Assembly (NCBI RefSeq): GCF_000143415.4
Contig: NW_003314312.1
Location: 1-64,000, forward strand
Reading direction: 5' to 3'
Source of the DNA: Selaginella moellendorffii
Lineage: Eukaryota; Plantae; Lycopodiophyta
DNA: 64,000 nt
Shown: positions 37,701 through 49,738 of the stretch, piece after piece
How positions within the stretch are numbered: the stretch's first letter is position 1
Layout of the letters: each line of letters starts with the position of its first letter
Made by a program: the position numbers and the translations under genes
The notes under the pieces: generated by a model
Databases searched by the model: none
What the model was told of the DNA's origin: nothing
Seen by the model: only the letters and a program-made list of their open reading frames with translations

Positions 37701-38579
37701 CTTGGAACAGTCCTAGAGTAACCAGCATCCCAATGCCAGGACCAGCACGCAAAACGGTGCCAAACGAAGTTTGGCACTATTTCGGCATACCAGTGGCCTA
37801 ACGTGAGGATATGGGTACTCCCCCAACTAGCATGGTGGGGAGCTTGGGCTTAAACCCAAGCCGGATTCAGAAAGAACAAGGACAGGCACGCAAGCGGGAG
37901 CTAAATTATGCCTCAGGTTGGTTGGCCATGCCCCCGACCTACCCACTATCCCTACTATACATTTGGAACCCCCCACAGCCCCCCCCCCCCCCTTCCCCTT
38001 TGAGGAACACGCTTTGGACTTTCACCCCAAGCCTCCCTTAGTATCAGGAGTTAGTCTTTGGGACAAGCTCGAAACTTACTAAATATGGAATGGCGCTAGA
38101 TTGCGAATTTGGACACGGGACGAACACCATTGTGTTCAGGCCGATCTCTACATTCCGTAGATATTCCAAATGAGCAAATCTCGACACTTTCCATAAATAG
38201 CATTTGGGACCAAAATGAGACTAACACAAAGGGCATGATAGCGAGGGTGTTTGGCAGACACGGTAAGCTATCATTTAGCGATATTGAAGGACCAAGCTCA
38301 ATATCGCGGGGGTTCCCAACACTAGCAAGTGCAAGCTAACATTATGAGTTTCTCATCACCGTGTCAAGTCTGCTTGACTAAATGACAACTTAGGATTTCC
38401 TTCCTTAGTGCCCTTCCGGTCTAAGTGCACATGTGATGACTAGTTTCTCAACTAGTTTAGGCGGAGACTGATAACGGGTCCAGCAATACCGATCTCCTGC
38501 CATCGTGGCAGTAAGGTAAGAGTGTCCATAAGGACTGGCCAACAGGTAACTTTTGATACCTGAAGTCACATTTGCAACA
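25787..38579 (-). mobile_element. Three-LTR non-autonomous (LARD-like) retroelement complex with a 5-bp TSD (CAACT)
   Basis: LTRs of about 1.13-1.15 kb (TG...CA) at 25787-26917, 31994-33146 and 37431-38579. PBS (tctgatacca) before the 2nd and 3rd LTRs. PPT ctctcccccccta after the 1st. CAACT at 25782-25786 and 38580-38584. Two homologous internal regions of about 4.3 kb without long ORFs. Confidence 0.92.
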
Positions 38580-41526
38580 CAACTTTAGGATCTTGGGAAC
38601 AGTAAAATATTTTCCTTAAAAAGTTGAGGAAGTGATCCATATAAGCATTTGACTTAACAAACTGCCTTATAAAGTTGAGGATGGTGCTCAAGAATTTGAG
38701 ACTGGAGTTAGTAACTGTAGAAGGTCAAATATAGATGAGGATATAGGTCCTTGAAATAGTAGCCGAGGCTATCTTTAATAAATGTTGGAACAACCCAAGG
38801 AATTTGGGATATACTTAAAAGATGATTTGGTATTCTCATAATATAGACAGATAGTCCTAAGAGGCAAAGTTAACCCATATAGAATAAAGAATAATCAAGT
38901 GTCGGAATAACACTTGCAAAGATGGTCCTTGTGAGTAGAACATGAATACAAGAAGTTATATTTCAATAAGCTAGCGTCTTAGAAATAGCTATAAGGGTAG
39001 GACCTTATGAGTCGTCAAATTAACAAAGTCCAAAAAAGCTGGATGACTCAAGTGGAATCAAAAAATGGTCCTAAAGGATCAATAAAAACATTTGGACTGA
39101 GGTGTGTTGTACTATACAAAGGATGGGGAGGATAATAAAATCCAAATATGAGAACAATAAATATCTTGTTAATAACAGAATGTGCCATACTAATATCATG
39201 AAAAAGGTGTCCCTGGAAAAAAACAACTTTGGTGTAGAGTTGTGTGTGAACACTATACTATGATATTAACTAATAGTTGGCATGAGAAATCATTGCTTTG
39301 GTCTTGGCAAAGACCTAGACACAAATGGAAAGTGTCATGAAAGCAAGCTTGTGAAGCTGACAATGTGGAGGCCCCAAGTGTCTCAAAGGATGATGCCTTA
39401 AGATCAAGTTAGTGAGGTTCACAAAAACCCCTTGCCAAAGGAATCCTAATGGAAATGAGAATGGTATAACTTAAGTTGAAAGGCATACGGTTAGAGTGTG
39501 GTGACCCAAATAATGATGAAGGTGTAGAAGCACTAGCAATGAGTTGTAGTACTTGTCAATTATGGGGCAACTAAGCAAAAGGTGCAAACATAATTAATTG
39601 GATTAGTGGAAGTTAACTTTCCAAAACTTTTTATTGGGATAAGGAGGTTAAATATATTCCTTGGAGGGATAAATTACCTATATTGAGATATAGTAAGTCA
39701 ATGTGTTAAAAGAAATGCTCATTGTCAAAGAAGACCATTATTGAGATACTTAAACACTCTTAAATACCAAGAAGTGGTGTTTGGTATCATGAAGGCATTG
39801 GATAAAGTCTAAGAAACTAATTCCTTAGCTAATAATGGATAGAAGGTGCCATCCAATATCCAAAGTTGTGGAAACAAAGAAGTCCATCTATTCGAATTAG
39901 ACAAAACCAAAAGGGATTTTAGCATGGCTAGCAATGGGCATAAAAATACCCATACGTAATTCTAGTGTGTGGGATTACATGGTGAGCATACTCAGATTGA
40001 AGAACCACTCCTTAAATTATTGAATAAATTCATCCCTAAGAATACTTACTAAGGCATGGTAGAAAGTGCAAAACTACCCTCATAGCCAGAAGGAGAATAA
40101 CTAAAGGGAAGGTGTAAAGCCAAAAAACAAATAATAAAAGAATAGAACTGAATTATAAATATTAAAAGGTATAGCCAAAGGTGATTATGCAAGTTGGGAG
40201 TGGAGAATTAAGAGGGTGTTTGAAGGTGTTGCTATTGACAACCATAATACTATCTAAAGTATGGAATTATTCATGTTAGACTATATAGTGATTAAAAAGC
40301 TTGCGAAAGGAAAGGCCTTAGCAAACTAAGGGAGAGAGTCCCTTCAAAGTTCCCAAAGATAATTCTAAGTAGGTTAACACTTAGAAAGATAAATGTAAAT
40401 GGTTTATAGAATTATGCAAAAATTAGAGTGGCATAGCAGAAGTATAGTCTTGAAGCTTGCCATGAGGTGAGGCTATTAAGATTAAGGAACAAATTTCTGA
40501 GTGTTCAAAGAGATAGCTTTGAATGAAAGTCGATGGTTAAGGACTTTCATGCTTATGCATGAAACCATGTTACACTGGTTAGAAGACTTGCTAAGCAAGA
40601 TTGACAAGTCGAGGGAACAAAGACCCTAGATGAAGGTGTTGACTTCAAAAAGGTGGCCCATAGGGCCGAGCATGGAGGAGTCCATGCATGATCATAGACT
40701 TGTTAGATGAGAGGACTTAGCAATTCAGAGGAATTAAGTTCATAAACTATGATCAATAGTGCACTTTGGGATTAAATTAGTGCACCGGTGTGGGGAGTCA
40801 CATTAGTTATCCTAGGTGATGCTGTTTATAGATGCATATATAAAGGTTAAGTTTGAGTCCCAACCCTTTAGTGCTTGGGTTCAAGTCCCCATTCACTAAG
40901 GTATGGTGATAGTTTAGAATATGAGGACATTCATTTCTCGATCATCATGGGCTCTCAATAAAGAGACTGGCTTAGGCATATCACCAAGTGGGGGATGCCT
41001 TGGAGTTGTGATGCATAATTAGATTGTTTAGTGTTAAAGCTTAAAATATTTAACTTGAACACTTTGGTGCAAGTGGCACTAAGGACGTGGTGAATGAGAT
41101 AGAAACAACCAAGTTTAGTTGCTATGAACCTTTGGCCAAAAAGGTTGGCTTGGGTGCACTGCCAAGTGTAGAGGATGTCTTTAGGGTTATAGTCAACAAT
41201 TTAAAGTTCTGGAAGACTTAGTACCTATTGGCAAACTTATTAAGGTGTCAAAGTTAGATCACTAAGTGATTTTATGGCTAAATAAGGATAAAATCCTTGT
41301 GAAGTTAAAGAATAAGGTCCCTAATTCAAAATGTTGATTTAAACTATTGGTAATGGTGTGGCTTGGTCAAGGTGACCAAGTGGGAAAGACATCTGAGGGA
41401 AATGAACTGTGACAATGTAATGGTATTATGAGTTCAAGAAAATAATCTCTACAGAAAGACTCATTGAGTGAGTCGCAAGGTTGGGCCTGGATAAAGCCCA
41501 CAATAGAAAATATTATGGAAATTTAC

Positions 41527-42111
41527 TATAAGCAACCAAAAAGAATGATTTGAGAGACGATCCATAAGGTTTAAATATAGAGGGAAAGGGCCCATGAACA
41601 AGAGTGCACCCCTTTTTCCAATCAGTTAAAAATCTTGGGATATTTGGGGTTAAGTGTCTTTGGGTTTGAATAGTACTAAGTTGAGTGACCACTTGGGAAG
41701 TCCAAACTTACATGTGGTATCAGAAGGGCCTTGTGTTTGATTTTGTTAGTTGGCTAGGGGAATCACACCACATGTTAATTCACATTTAGTAGGTCCAATT
41801 TGCTCCCATTGGGCTTGACTCGAGGGGTAGGGTGTCAAGAGAGCGAGGCTCTCGGGAGAGTTGCAGCTCTCAACTTCCATTCACGAAGGCGTAAACTTGC
41901 AGAAAAGCATGGTGGATTGTAAGCAATCAAAGAAAACGATTTGAGAGACAATCCATAGGGTTCAAATATAAAGGGAAAAGGCCCATGAACAAGAATACAC
42001 CTCCTTTTTCATTCAGTTAAGGGTTTTAGGATATTTGGGATTAAACGTCCTTAGGTTTGAATAGTATTAAGTTGGGTGACCTATTGGGAAGTCCAAACTC
42101 AAGAGCTTACA
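41527..42111 (+). mobile_element. Cassandra-like TRIM (585 bp) with 5S rRNA-derived segments in its LTRs
   Basis: LTRs 41527-41712 and 41918-42111. PBS TGGTATCAGA at 41715. TSD TTTAC at 41522-41526 and 42112-42116. 5S-like core at 41649-41703 and 42040-42094. Confidence 0.85.
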
Positions 42112-43539
42112 TTTACTATAGGTGAACACCCTTTAAACTTAGCAAAGTAAAGCCTTTGCTATGGAACCAAAAGGATACATCAAGGATAAAAGTAATGATC
42201 CTATATTACTTGGTGTAATGATTAAAGGATAGAAGCAAAATATTAGTGGCTAAGATTGGGCCATGGAAATCATTAGAAGAAATATAAATAGCAAAGTTAA
42301 ACAAGGAACACTTATGTATTGAATGCTAATAGATTGTAGGAAAGGAAATATATTTCCAAGAATGAATTCCCAAATGCTCTAGTTTGGCAAAAATAAAAGT
42401 TCTAAAGGAGGGAGCGACAATTTAGTCAAATGAAGGATGATGATGCTCTCAAGTAAAACATTTTCTAGGATGGGGAAGTGGAGTTCGCACCATATGTACA
42501 ATGCAAAGTGTTAGAGATACATAAGAAATTAACTTGAGAAGTCAAAATAAAAGTTCCAAAGTGCAATAATTATATTGATAGAAGCTTAGGCTACTTACAA
42601 ATGAATAGTGGGTTTAACATAGAGAAGGTGTCTCTAATGGGTTTCGCAATGAGTAAACTAATAAAGGGAGAAAATCACCACAAATGGTCGAATGAGTTTT
42701 TAGGTTGGAGAGATTATATTCCTTAGAGGATAAGAAAGGCATAATGAGCCTTCAATGCCGAACCATTACGAATATTGGCTTGGGGCTAAGGATGGAAAGG
42801 GTAATACATGCTAATATTACTTTAAAAAATGGTTTATTGTTTGATGAGGACATCAAACTTCATTTATGGGTGGTGGAGTTGTGAGATATAAATCCCTAAG
42901 CCCCAAAGTGGAGCCGAAAGGCTACCACATAGTAATGGTCGAAGCAAAAGCCAAACAAACGTAACACATTTGGATTAAAAATTCTGACTTGGAAAATTGA
43001 GAGTGGGAGTGGAACTCCCAACAAAGTGCTTAAGGAATGATCACGAAGCAATCAATGAATGAGTCTCTAAAAGGGACACAAAAAGGACTAACATGTAGCA
43101 AGTGTTATGGCACATAGAAGTGTTATGAAGAAGTCTGAAAAAGAGTCCAAGATGGAGTTTGAAAAAGAATCTGAATTAGAGTCTGAGATAGAGTTTAAAA
43201 TGGACCCAAAATGGAGTTTGAGATGGAATCCAAGATGTACCCAAGATGAACCCAAGATGGAGTCTGAGATGGACTAGAGATAGAGTCTGAGATGGACCTG
43301 AGATGGAGTCTGAGATGGAATTCAAAGTGGATCCGAGATGGAGTCTGAGATGGATCTGAGATGGAGTTTGAGATGGACCCAAGATGGAGTTTGAGACGAG
43401 ATTGAGACCGAGACCAAGTCCAAGTTTGAGATTGAGACCAAGACTGAGTTTGAGTTCGAGACTGAGTCCGAGTTAGAGTTTGAGTCCAAGTCTGAGTTCA
43501 AATCCGAGTTCGAGTCTGAATACTAATATAGGTTTTCTT

Positions 43540-44330
43540 CGTGCTCTTCCTAATTCCTTCCATTCTCATCGAAGTAACTTGATGCAAGTTGACAAGCTTC
43601 AGCTTAGTTGTGCCATACTTGCCATCAAGGAAGAGATCATCATGCAGAAGGATGTTGGAATTCTCCACTCCAAATCTGATCAAACTTTGTTTGTAGAAAA
43701 CTCTTCTAAGCAATCTATAAAGAAGAAGAATAACAACAAAGTTTTGAAGGATAGAGGTTTTTCTAAGGTAAAGGAGAGTGATATGAAGTCCAACAAAGAC
43801 ACCAAAAAGAAGAAATCTTATGGTTATTACAATAAGTCTAACCATGAAGAGTTTGAATGCAAGTTGAAGATGAACACCTTCAACAACTGGAGGATTTCAA
43901 ATCTTCAAAACTTATGGCTCACTATGGATGACTTTTGGATGAAACTTGTGTTGCTGAGGTCAGAACCAAGCTTTGTAACAATGCCATGGTAACTAACTCT
44001 TTTGTGATTGATTCTAGAGCTACTACTCATCTATCTTGGCATAAAGATCATTTTGTCAAGTATAGAAATTGTCTTGGCCAGCATGCTGTGCAACTGGGTG
44101 TTCATTGCATTGGTGATATTAACGTCCAGACATCTCATGAAAACTTAACTCTGACTAGGGTAATGTATGTTCCTACTCTTTGCAAAGATTTACTATCTGT
44201 TGCTAAGATTGCTGATATGGGGAACAATGTGTGTTTTGATCATCAAGTTTGTGTCATTCAAAATGCACAAACTCATGATGTGGTTGCTATAGCTCCCAAG
44301 GAAGGAAATCTATACCCACTCAAGGACAAG
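43540..44330 (+). pseudogene. Ty1/Copia gag-protease fragment
   Basis: Degenerate zinc knuckle (YYNKSNHEEFEC), protease FVIDSRATTH, LTRVMYVPTLCKDLLSV and GNLY; frameshifted. Confidence 0.8.
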
Positions 44331-44725
44331 GTGAGTTGCATACACCCTAGCTTGCACGAAGCCGGCGGCAAAAGGGCGGGGAAAGCAAGCGTGAGCGATG
44401 GCTTCAATTCTTCTGCAAATCCGATTCATACATGACAGGGATGGCGATCGCTAGCTTCCGGGGCTGTGGATCTTGATCGATCGTCGCTGAAATATCGCCT
44501 TCGACACAGGGAAGCATTGCATATGCACGGCGCCACAAGAACTGTAAATGGATGTAACGAGCATTTGCGTTGGATCCAGTCTCGCGACACGGGGCAATCG
44601 ATTTCAACGATTAGGTTCTTTGCTTTCCGGCATTTGCTATCTACAGCGACCAAGAAAGTAAGTGCTTTGCAATTCCTTCTTCACGGATTTCTTCCTGACA
44701 AAATTTCGTTCGTTTGATCACAAAT

Positions 44726-45700
44726 ATGGCGAGCAACCATAAGCTTCCATGGCCTTACGTCGTGGAACCGGAGGAATCCGTCCGAATCGCAGTCAAGAGC
44801 CTCATCGAGTTGTATGACGATATCTATGAGAGTCGCCTAGTTCCCCAGGCGACTGAATGCCCGATTGAAGGAGATGATTCACACAAAGCTATGGAGGCAC
44901 AGCTCCTCAAGAGCTTGCTCTATCTCTCGACGACGGGAAGGGTTACGGTGGAAACGATGAAGCAAGCTCACTGGACCATGTTGCTTCCAGTCCTCATGAA
45001 GATGTTTCGAGTGGTTCCTTTGGTTTTGCCGCTCTGGGACGGGAGTGCTACACGGAAGAAAATGCGACGTCACTTTTTCTACTGCCTGAAGCGAGCCATA
45101 AACAAGATGGACGTCAGTGCCCTCTCTGAATTTCTCTATTCAAGCTTGATCTATAACGTCTACAGGGTGAAGAAGGTAATAGAGCTCTTTGGAAACTTTA
45201 TGTCGAAATTACTGACTTTGTAAGCTGTACAGGAGCAAGACGCAGCAGCAGCCTATGGCCGAGCTTTCAAAGAATATTATCGTTTGCAAGCATTACTCGT
45301 GAGTACGCAAGGAAGACTATATTTCTTATAACGTCTTCAAGCTCCTCAAGCTCAGTCACGGTTTTGGACCACAGAGTGCATGAGACAGATCAATGCTGGT
45401 CTCGTTCAGGCATGGACCATGAACAACAATTATAAACAAGTGCGGCTATTCTTACCAAGGTACCTGTAAAACTGATCGTCAAGTTTTCACAGGGATCTCA
45501 TTAGCAACGAAAGGACGAGGCCAGAGAATGTGAGCAGTAAATCCCTTTACCAGAGGATTTCTTCCTGCAGTTATCGTGCAAAACAGAAGCATTTGCTTGT
45601 TGCCAGGCAAATCGTGATGAATGTGAACATCTAAGTCAAATGGAGCTTTTACAGGGAAGGGCAGCGTCTACCGCAGAAGATCACTGAATGGTGAGCATAG
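44726..45700 (+). CDS. Uncharacterised multi-exon gene or gene fragment
   Basis: 150-aa ORF from MASNHKLPW followed by short candidate GT-AG introns (e.g. 45176-45231); no family recognised. Confidence 0.3.
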
Positions 45701-45889
45701 TTCGTTTTTAACGAGTTGTAATAAACCGTTTTCTTCTCGCTACAGTAGGCGACTATTCACTAAAGCTGTGAAGTGACTCTTTTTCTGCGTAGGGTTTATA
45801 CACAATAGAAAGGTTTGTTTGATGGCTCTGTGAGGAGCGAGATCTCCCAGGATTTTCAAGCGGCATTTCGCAGCGCGGTCGAAGAGTGG

Positions 45890-48150
45890 GTATCTGTGGA
45901 GCCCATCGTCACCTCTTGCAACAATCCCAAGTTTGGAGACTATCAAATGTCATGGAGTAACCTTTAAACTCTCTTACAGCAACAATGCGATGGGAATCTG
46001 GTCTAGAATCAAAGGCATGCAATCCACATACGGGAATCCAGTCTCCCTTGCGCAGGTAGAAAAGTCTACCGAGAACTTGCTCGTGTTTTTACACTTTTCT
46101 TCTCAGGATGTTTTGCGGAACATTCCCAGGACGAGCATGTTTGAGAAGAGCAGCGTTGCTGGAGCAGGCTACGCTCTCGGCACGCTTCATTGCAGAGGTA
46201 TAGATCTTAAGCTCGATCGTTTTCTTCTTCTTATCCTATGTTTCAAAATCAAAACAGATCTGTTTTGCATCAAGGAGTTGACACAGTTGCGCCCGAGCTG
46301 CCCGTTAAGCACGCACTCGTGGATTTCTCTTCGCCAAACATTGCCAAGGAGCTCCATGTCGGACACTTGCGCTCTACAGTTATCGGGGATAGTGTGGCGA
46401 GAATGCTTGAGTTTTGTAACGTTAAGTGTCATGCGGAGAAACCATGTCGGCGACTGGGGAACGCAGGTAATGAAGCCAAAGTCCTCCTTTCTTTGTTCCT
46501 TTCAGCAAGACCTTGGCAGATCTTTTGCAGTTTGGAATGCTACTTGAACACATATTTGAGACGGATGCCGAGGTAGAGGCTATCGGCGACAACCATACGT
46601 TAGATAACGTATGGTTTGCTTTCAGAAATCCTGAGTACTGACATCGAGAAATCACCTTGTGCGCAGAAAATGTACATTGAAGCATCGGAGAGATTTAAAA
46701 GCGATGAGCAATTCATCAAATTACAGGTACTGGTGATGGAACAAATATGTTTTCTCAGTACGTTTCTTTGCTTGGATTTAGAGAAGCGAGGCGGAATATC
46801 ACGCTAAGTGGAAGTCCCTTTGCGACGTGAGTCGAAGAGCTTACGAACGAACTTATGGCCGTCTGAACGTTTCTCTCGAGGAGCAAGTGAGCTGATTCAT
46901 GCGGCTTTGTTCAGATTGATGAAAAGTCTTTTCTCTTGTCTTGCATGGCGAGAGCTTTTATCATCCATACGTTCTCTATGCTATCAAGTCTCTCGAAGAA
47001 GAAGGGACTTTTGCAAGAGAGCGATGGTGCAAGGGTGATATTTCTCGAAGGCTATGACATACCGCTGATTGGACAGAAGCAGCACTTTGATATGTTCTTC
47101 CAGGTGACAGGTTTTTTTTTTGGTTTCTCTTTTGTAGACATGACGATATCTATGTATAGGCTACAAAACTCGCTGGGTGGTTGCCGGAGCATGGATTTCC
47201 CAAAGCCCAACATATTGGATTTGGAATGGTGCTTGGCGAAGATGGGAAGCGCATCCGAGGTAGAAAAGGAGGGGTTTTGCCTGCAAACATGCTGGACGAT
47301 GCCAAGAGCCGCAGCCACAAGGAACTGGTAGAGCGAGGTAACTGACCCGTCGGAGCTCGTAAAAATTCTCACGATCACATCCTAGGCCGAAAAGGAGAGT
47401 GGAGTGGTGAAGATTTAGAGGCAGCAGCTGAAGCACTTGGCTATGGAGCCGTCAAGTAAGTTGTCAAGTTCTTCCACAGATATGAACTTTCTTGTGTTTT
47501 TGTAGGTACGAGACCTGAAAAACAACCGCAAAACAAACTATAGATTCGACTTTGAGCAGATGCTGAACATCAAGGTTTTGTAACGTCCATCGTTTTCTCA
47601 GTTCCTTATTTTTGAGCATTTGCTGGCAGGGAAACACTGCTGTTTATCTTTTCTATGCGTATGCACGGGTTTGTTCTATCATCAGAAAATCTGGAAGAAG
47701 CATTGACGAAATCAAACAGGTACTAAAACAAGCAGGAGACCATACTCGGCTGTCTTGTTTCTCAAATAATTTTTCAGACTTGCGAGCTGGTTGTGGAGCA
47801 CCCACACGAAAGATCTCTTAGGTTACATCTCATTCAGTTCACAGAGGTAAACACTGGTGCTTTTACGCACGACTTAATCCGTGAGCTTAGACCGTAGAGG
47901 ACTCCATCAGCCGCCTCTTGCCGAGTACTCTCTGCGATTATCTGTACACTCTCTCGGAGCTCTTCACGCAGTTCTACACCAGCTGCAAGGTTCTCTCTTT
48001 CTCAAATCCTTTTGTTTTTATCTCGAGCTTTTGTTGCAGGTGACTAGAAGCTTGCAAGAGGCAAGCCGGTTATTGCTCTGTGAGGCAACCCGCCTGATCA
48101 CGAAACAAGGCCTTGAGTTACTGGGCCTTACACCTCTAGAGAGGTTATGA
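45890..48150 (+). pseudogene. Arginyl-tRNA synthetase pseudogene (intron-retaining, frameshifted or deleted)
   Basis: [36 protein letters not shown] (HIGH region), [49 protein letters not shown]...LLGLTPLERL*. Frameshift near 46425. Confidence 0.88.
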
Positions 48151-48255
48151 TTATTATTATAATAAAGGTACGTCGAGTGATTCTTTTACATAAAGAAGTC
48201 GAAGCCTTTTTTCTTCCTCCCTTTCTTACAACTTGTAACGTATAAGCCACACAAA

Positions 48256-48430
48256 CTAAGCCGCCGCAAGTGCCGCAATGTTCATGGGCGATACGTACTC
48301 GGTGGTGCCGTTGTACCACCTTTGCACCAGCATGGTGCTGAATGCCTCGGTCGGATGAACCAGATCCCAGAACATATACTTGTTGCTGTCCTTGCAAGGG
48401 ATGTCCTTCCATGCACTGCTCCAAAGCCTC
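48256..48430 (-). pseudogene. GDSL esterase/lipase C-terminal fragment
   Basis: Minus-strand translation PCKDSNKYMFWDLVHPTEAFSTMLVQRWYNGTTEYVSPMNIAALAAA* (block V, DxxHP); no intact upstream part. Confidence 0.8.
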
Positions 48431-49738
48431 GGGAACGACCAGCCAGCGGGAGGAGGGAATTATCAAGGAGTTTAGTGGCCATCAATGAGATGGTGAGATT
48501 TTCCAAGGTTTACAGCAACTATTTGGCTTTTACTTTTTAGGGGGAGCCTTGGAAAGCAATGCGGCCTACTGTGTAGGAGTACCTGCATCTTCCACGTGAA
48601 GAAGCTCAGACAAACTGGGTAAAGGACAAGCTCATGACACATTATCATGCAAATCATCGAAGGTTGCAGGCAAGTTTTTGATAATCCTAGCAATAAGCTC
48701 GTCAAACTTATCTAGAGTTTATACAGGCACTTCGCTAGTATCTGTGCAATCGTTTAAACCAAGAACGCATGGACTGGGGGTTACCATTGAATGGCCTCAC
48801 GAAGAGTAATCGTAATCGTCCAGGCTATGGACCTTGGATGCCGCGGCCTATTCATGTGAGACAGAGTGACAAGCCAGCGAGATGATGTTTACACATGAAG
48901 TCCTCCGGAAGACATTCCCACAAGTAAGGCTTTCCACGGAAATGCAGGTAAGAAAACCATTGACAAGGATTGAATCACAGTGCTTTTGCATGGTTTAGAA
49001 CGCCGTGGATGGATCCAAGGAGTACAAAGGCTGGAATGTTTAATTTACCAAGGCAAGTTGGAACAGCGGAGTATATGGAGTGTTGTGCTCGACTTGGAGC
49101 TATATCTGACCGGCGGCAAACTTAAGGCTGGCTTCCTCAGTGTTAACTCTATCAATGCCTCTAGAAATACGTTTTCTTGCGCATCCGCTCGCAGTGTCAC
49201 GAGGCCGTGGCGTTTGCATCCACTGTGAGTGAAGACTCGCTCGGCTCCTGCAGCAGGTGAGTAAGTTCTAGTTCGATCCATTTCTTTTTTTCACGAATAT
49301 GGATAAGAGCAATGCCAGAGTTCCTGCGATACTACGCGAGCTGGATCGAGCTCAGCTTACTCCTACCCCCAGGGTTGTATCAAAACTTGCAAGGTTTTCC
49401 GTCGCATTGCCTTTGCGAAGCCCAAAGCACAAGAGTCCTTCCAAAAAATTTGTATCATCTCCAAGAGTAGGGATCCACTCCGGCTGCAGTAGTGCTGCTT
49501 AAGATCAAAATGACACGACACAAGACCTTGCACCGTAGACTTTTGTGCAACAAGCAGCAAATCACCTCTTGGCTGCAGCGAATCAGAGCATCGGACATTC
49601 GACCCGTTGCGTGGAATATCCCGCCAATACCCAGATAGGGCATTTAGTGTGAAGAACAAGAGCGCGGTAGTGAGAGCGCTAGGGTTTCGTAGGGAGAGCG
49701 CTAGGTTTCGTAGAGAGAGCGCTAGGCGGCTGGCGACT

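Larger units (their letters stand above)
23818..43520 (+). mobile_element. Large degenerate LTR retrotransposon hosting nested insertions; 5' LTR 23818-25602, truncated 3' LTR from 42881
   Basis: The two LTR starts are homologous (tgtaagacacaaatccctaagccccaaag and tgtgagatataaatccctaagccccaaag). PBS TGGTATTAGAG at 25606. Purine tract gggtggtggag before 42881. The internal region has no long ORF. Confidence 0.8.

Noticed and set aside
40840-40900. tRNA-like B-box (GGTTCAAGTCCC)
   Set aside because: I could not build a convincing cloverleaf or A-box; it lies within a degenerate retroelement.
41649-41703. 5S rRNA gene
   Set aside because: Only a ~55-nt diverged internal segment embedded in TRIM LTRs; not a full 120-nt gene.
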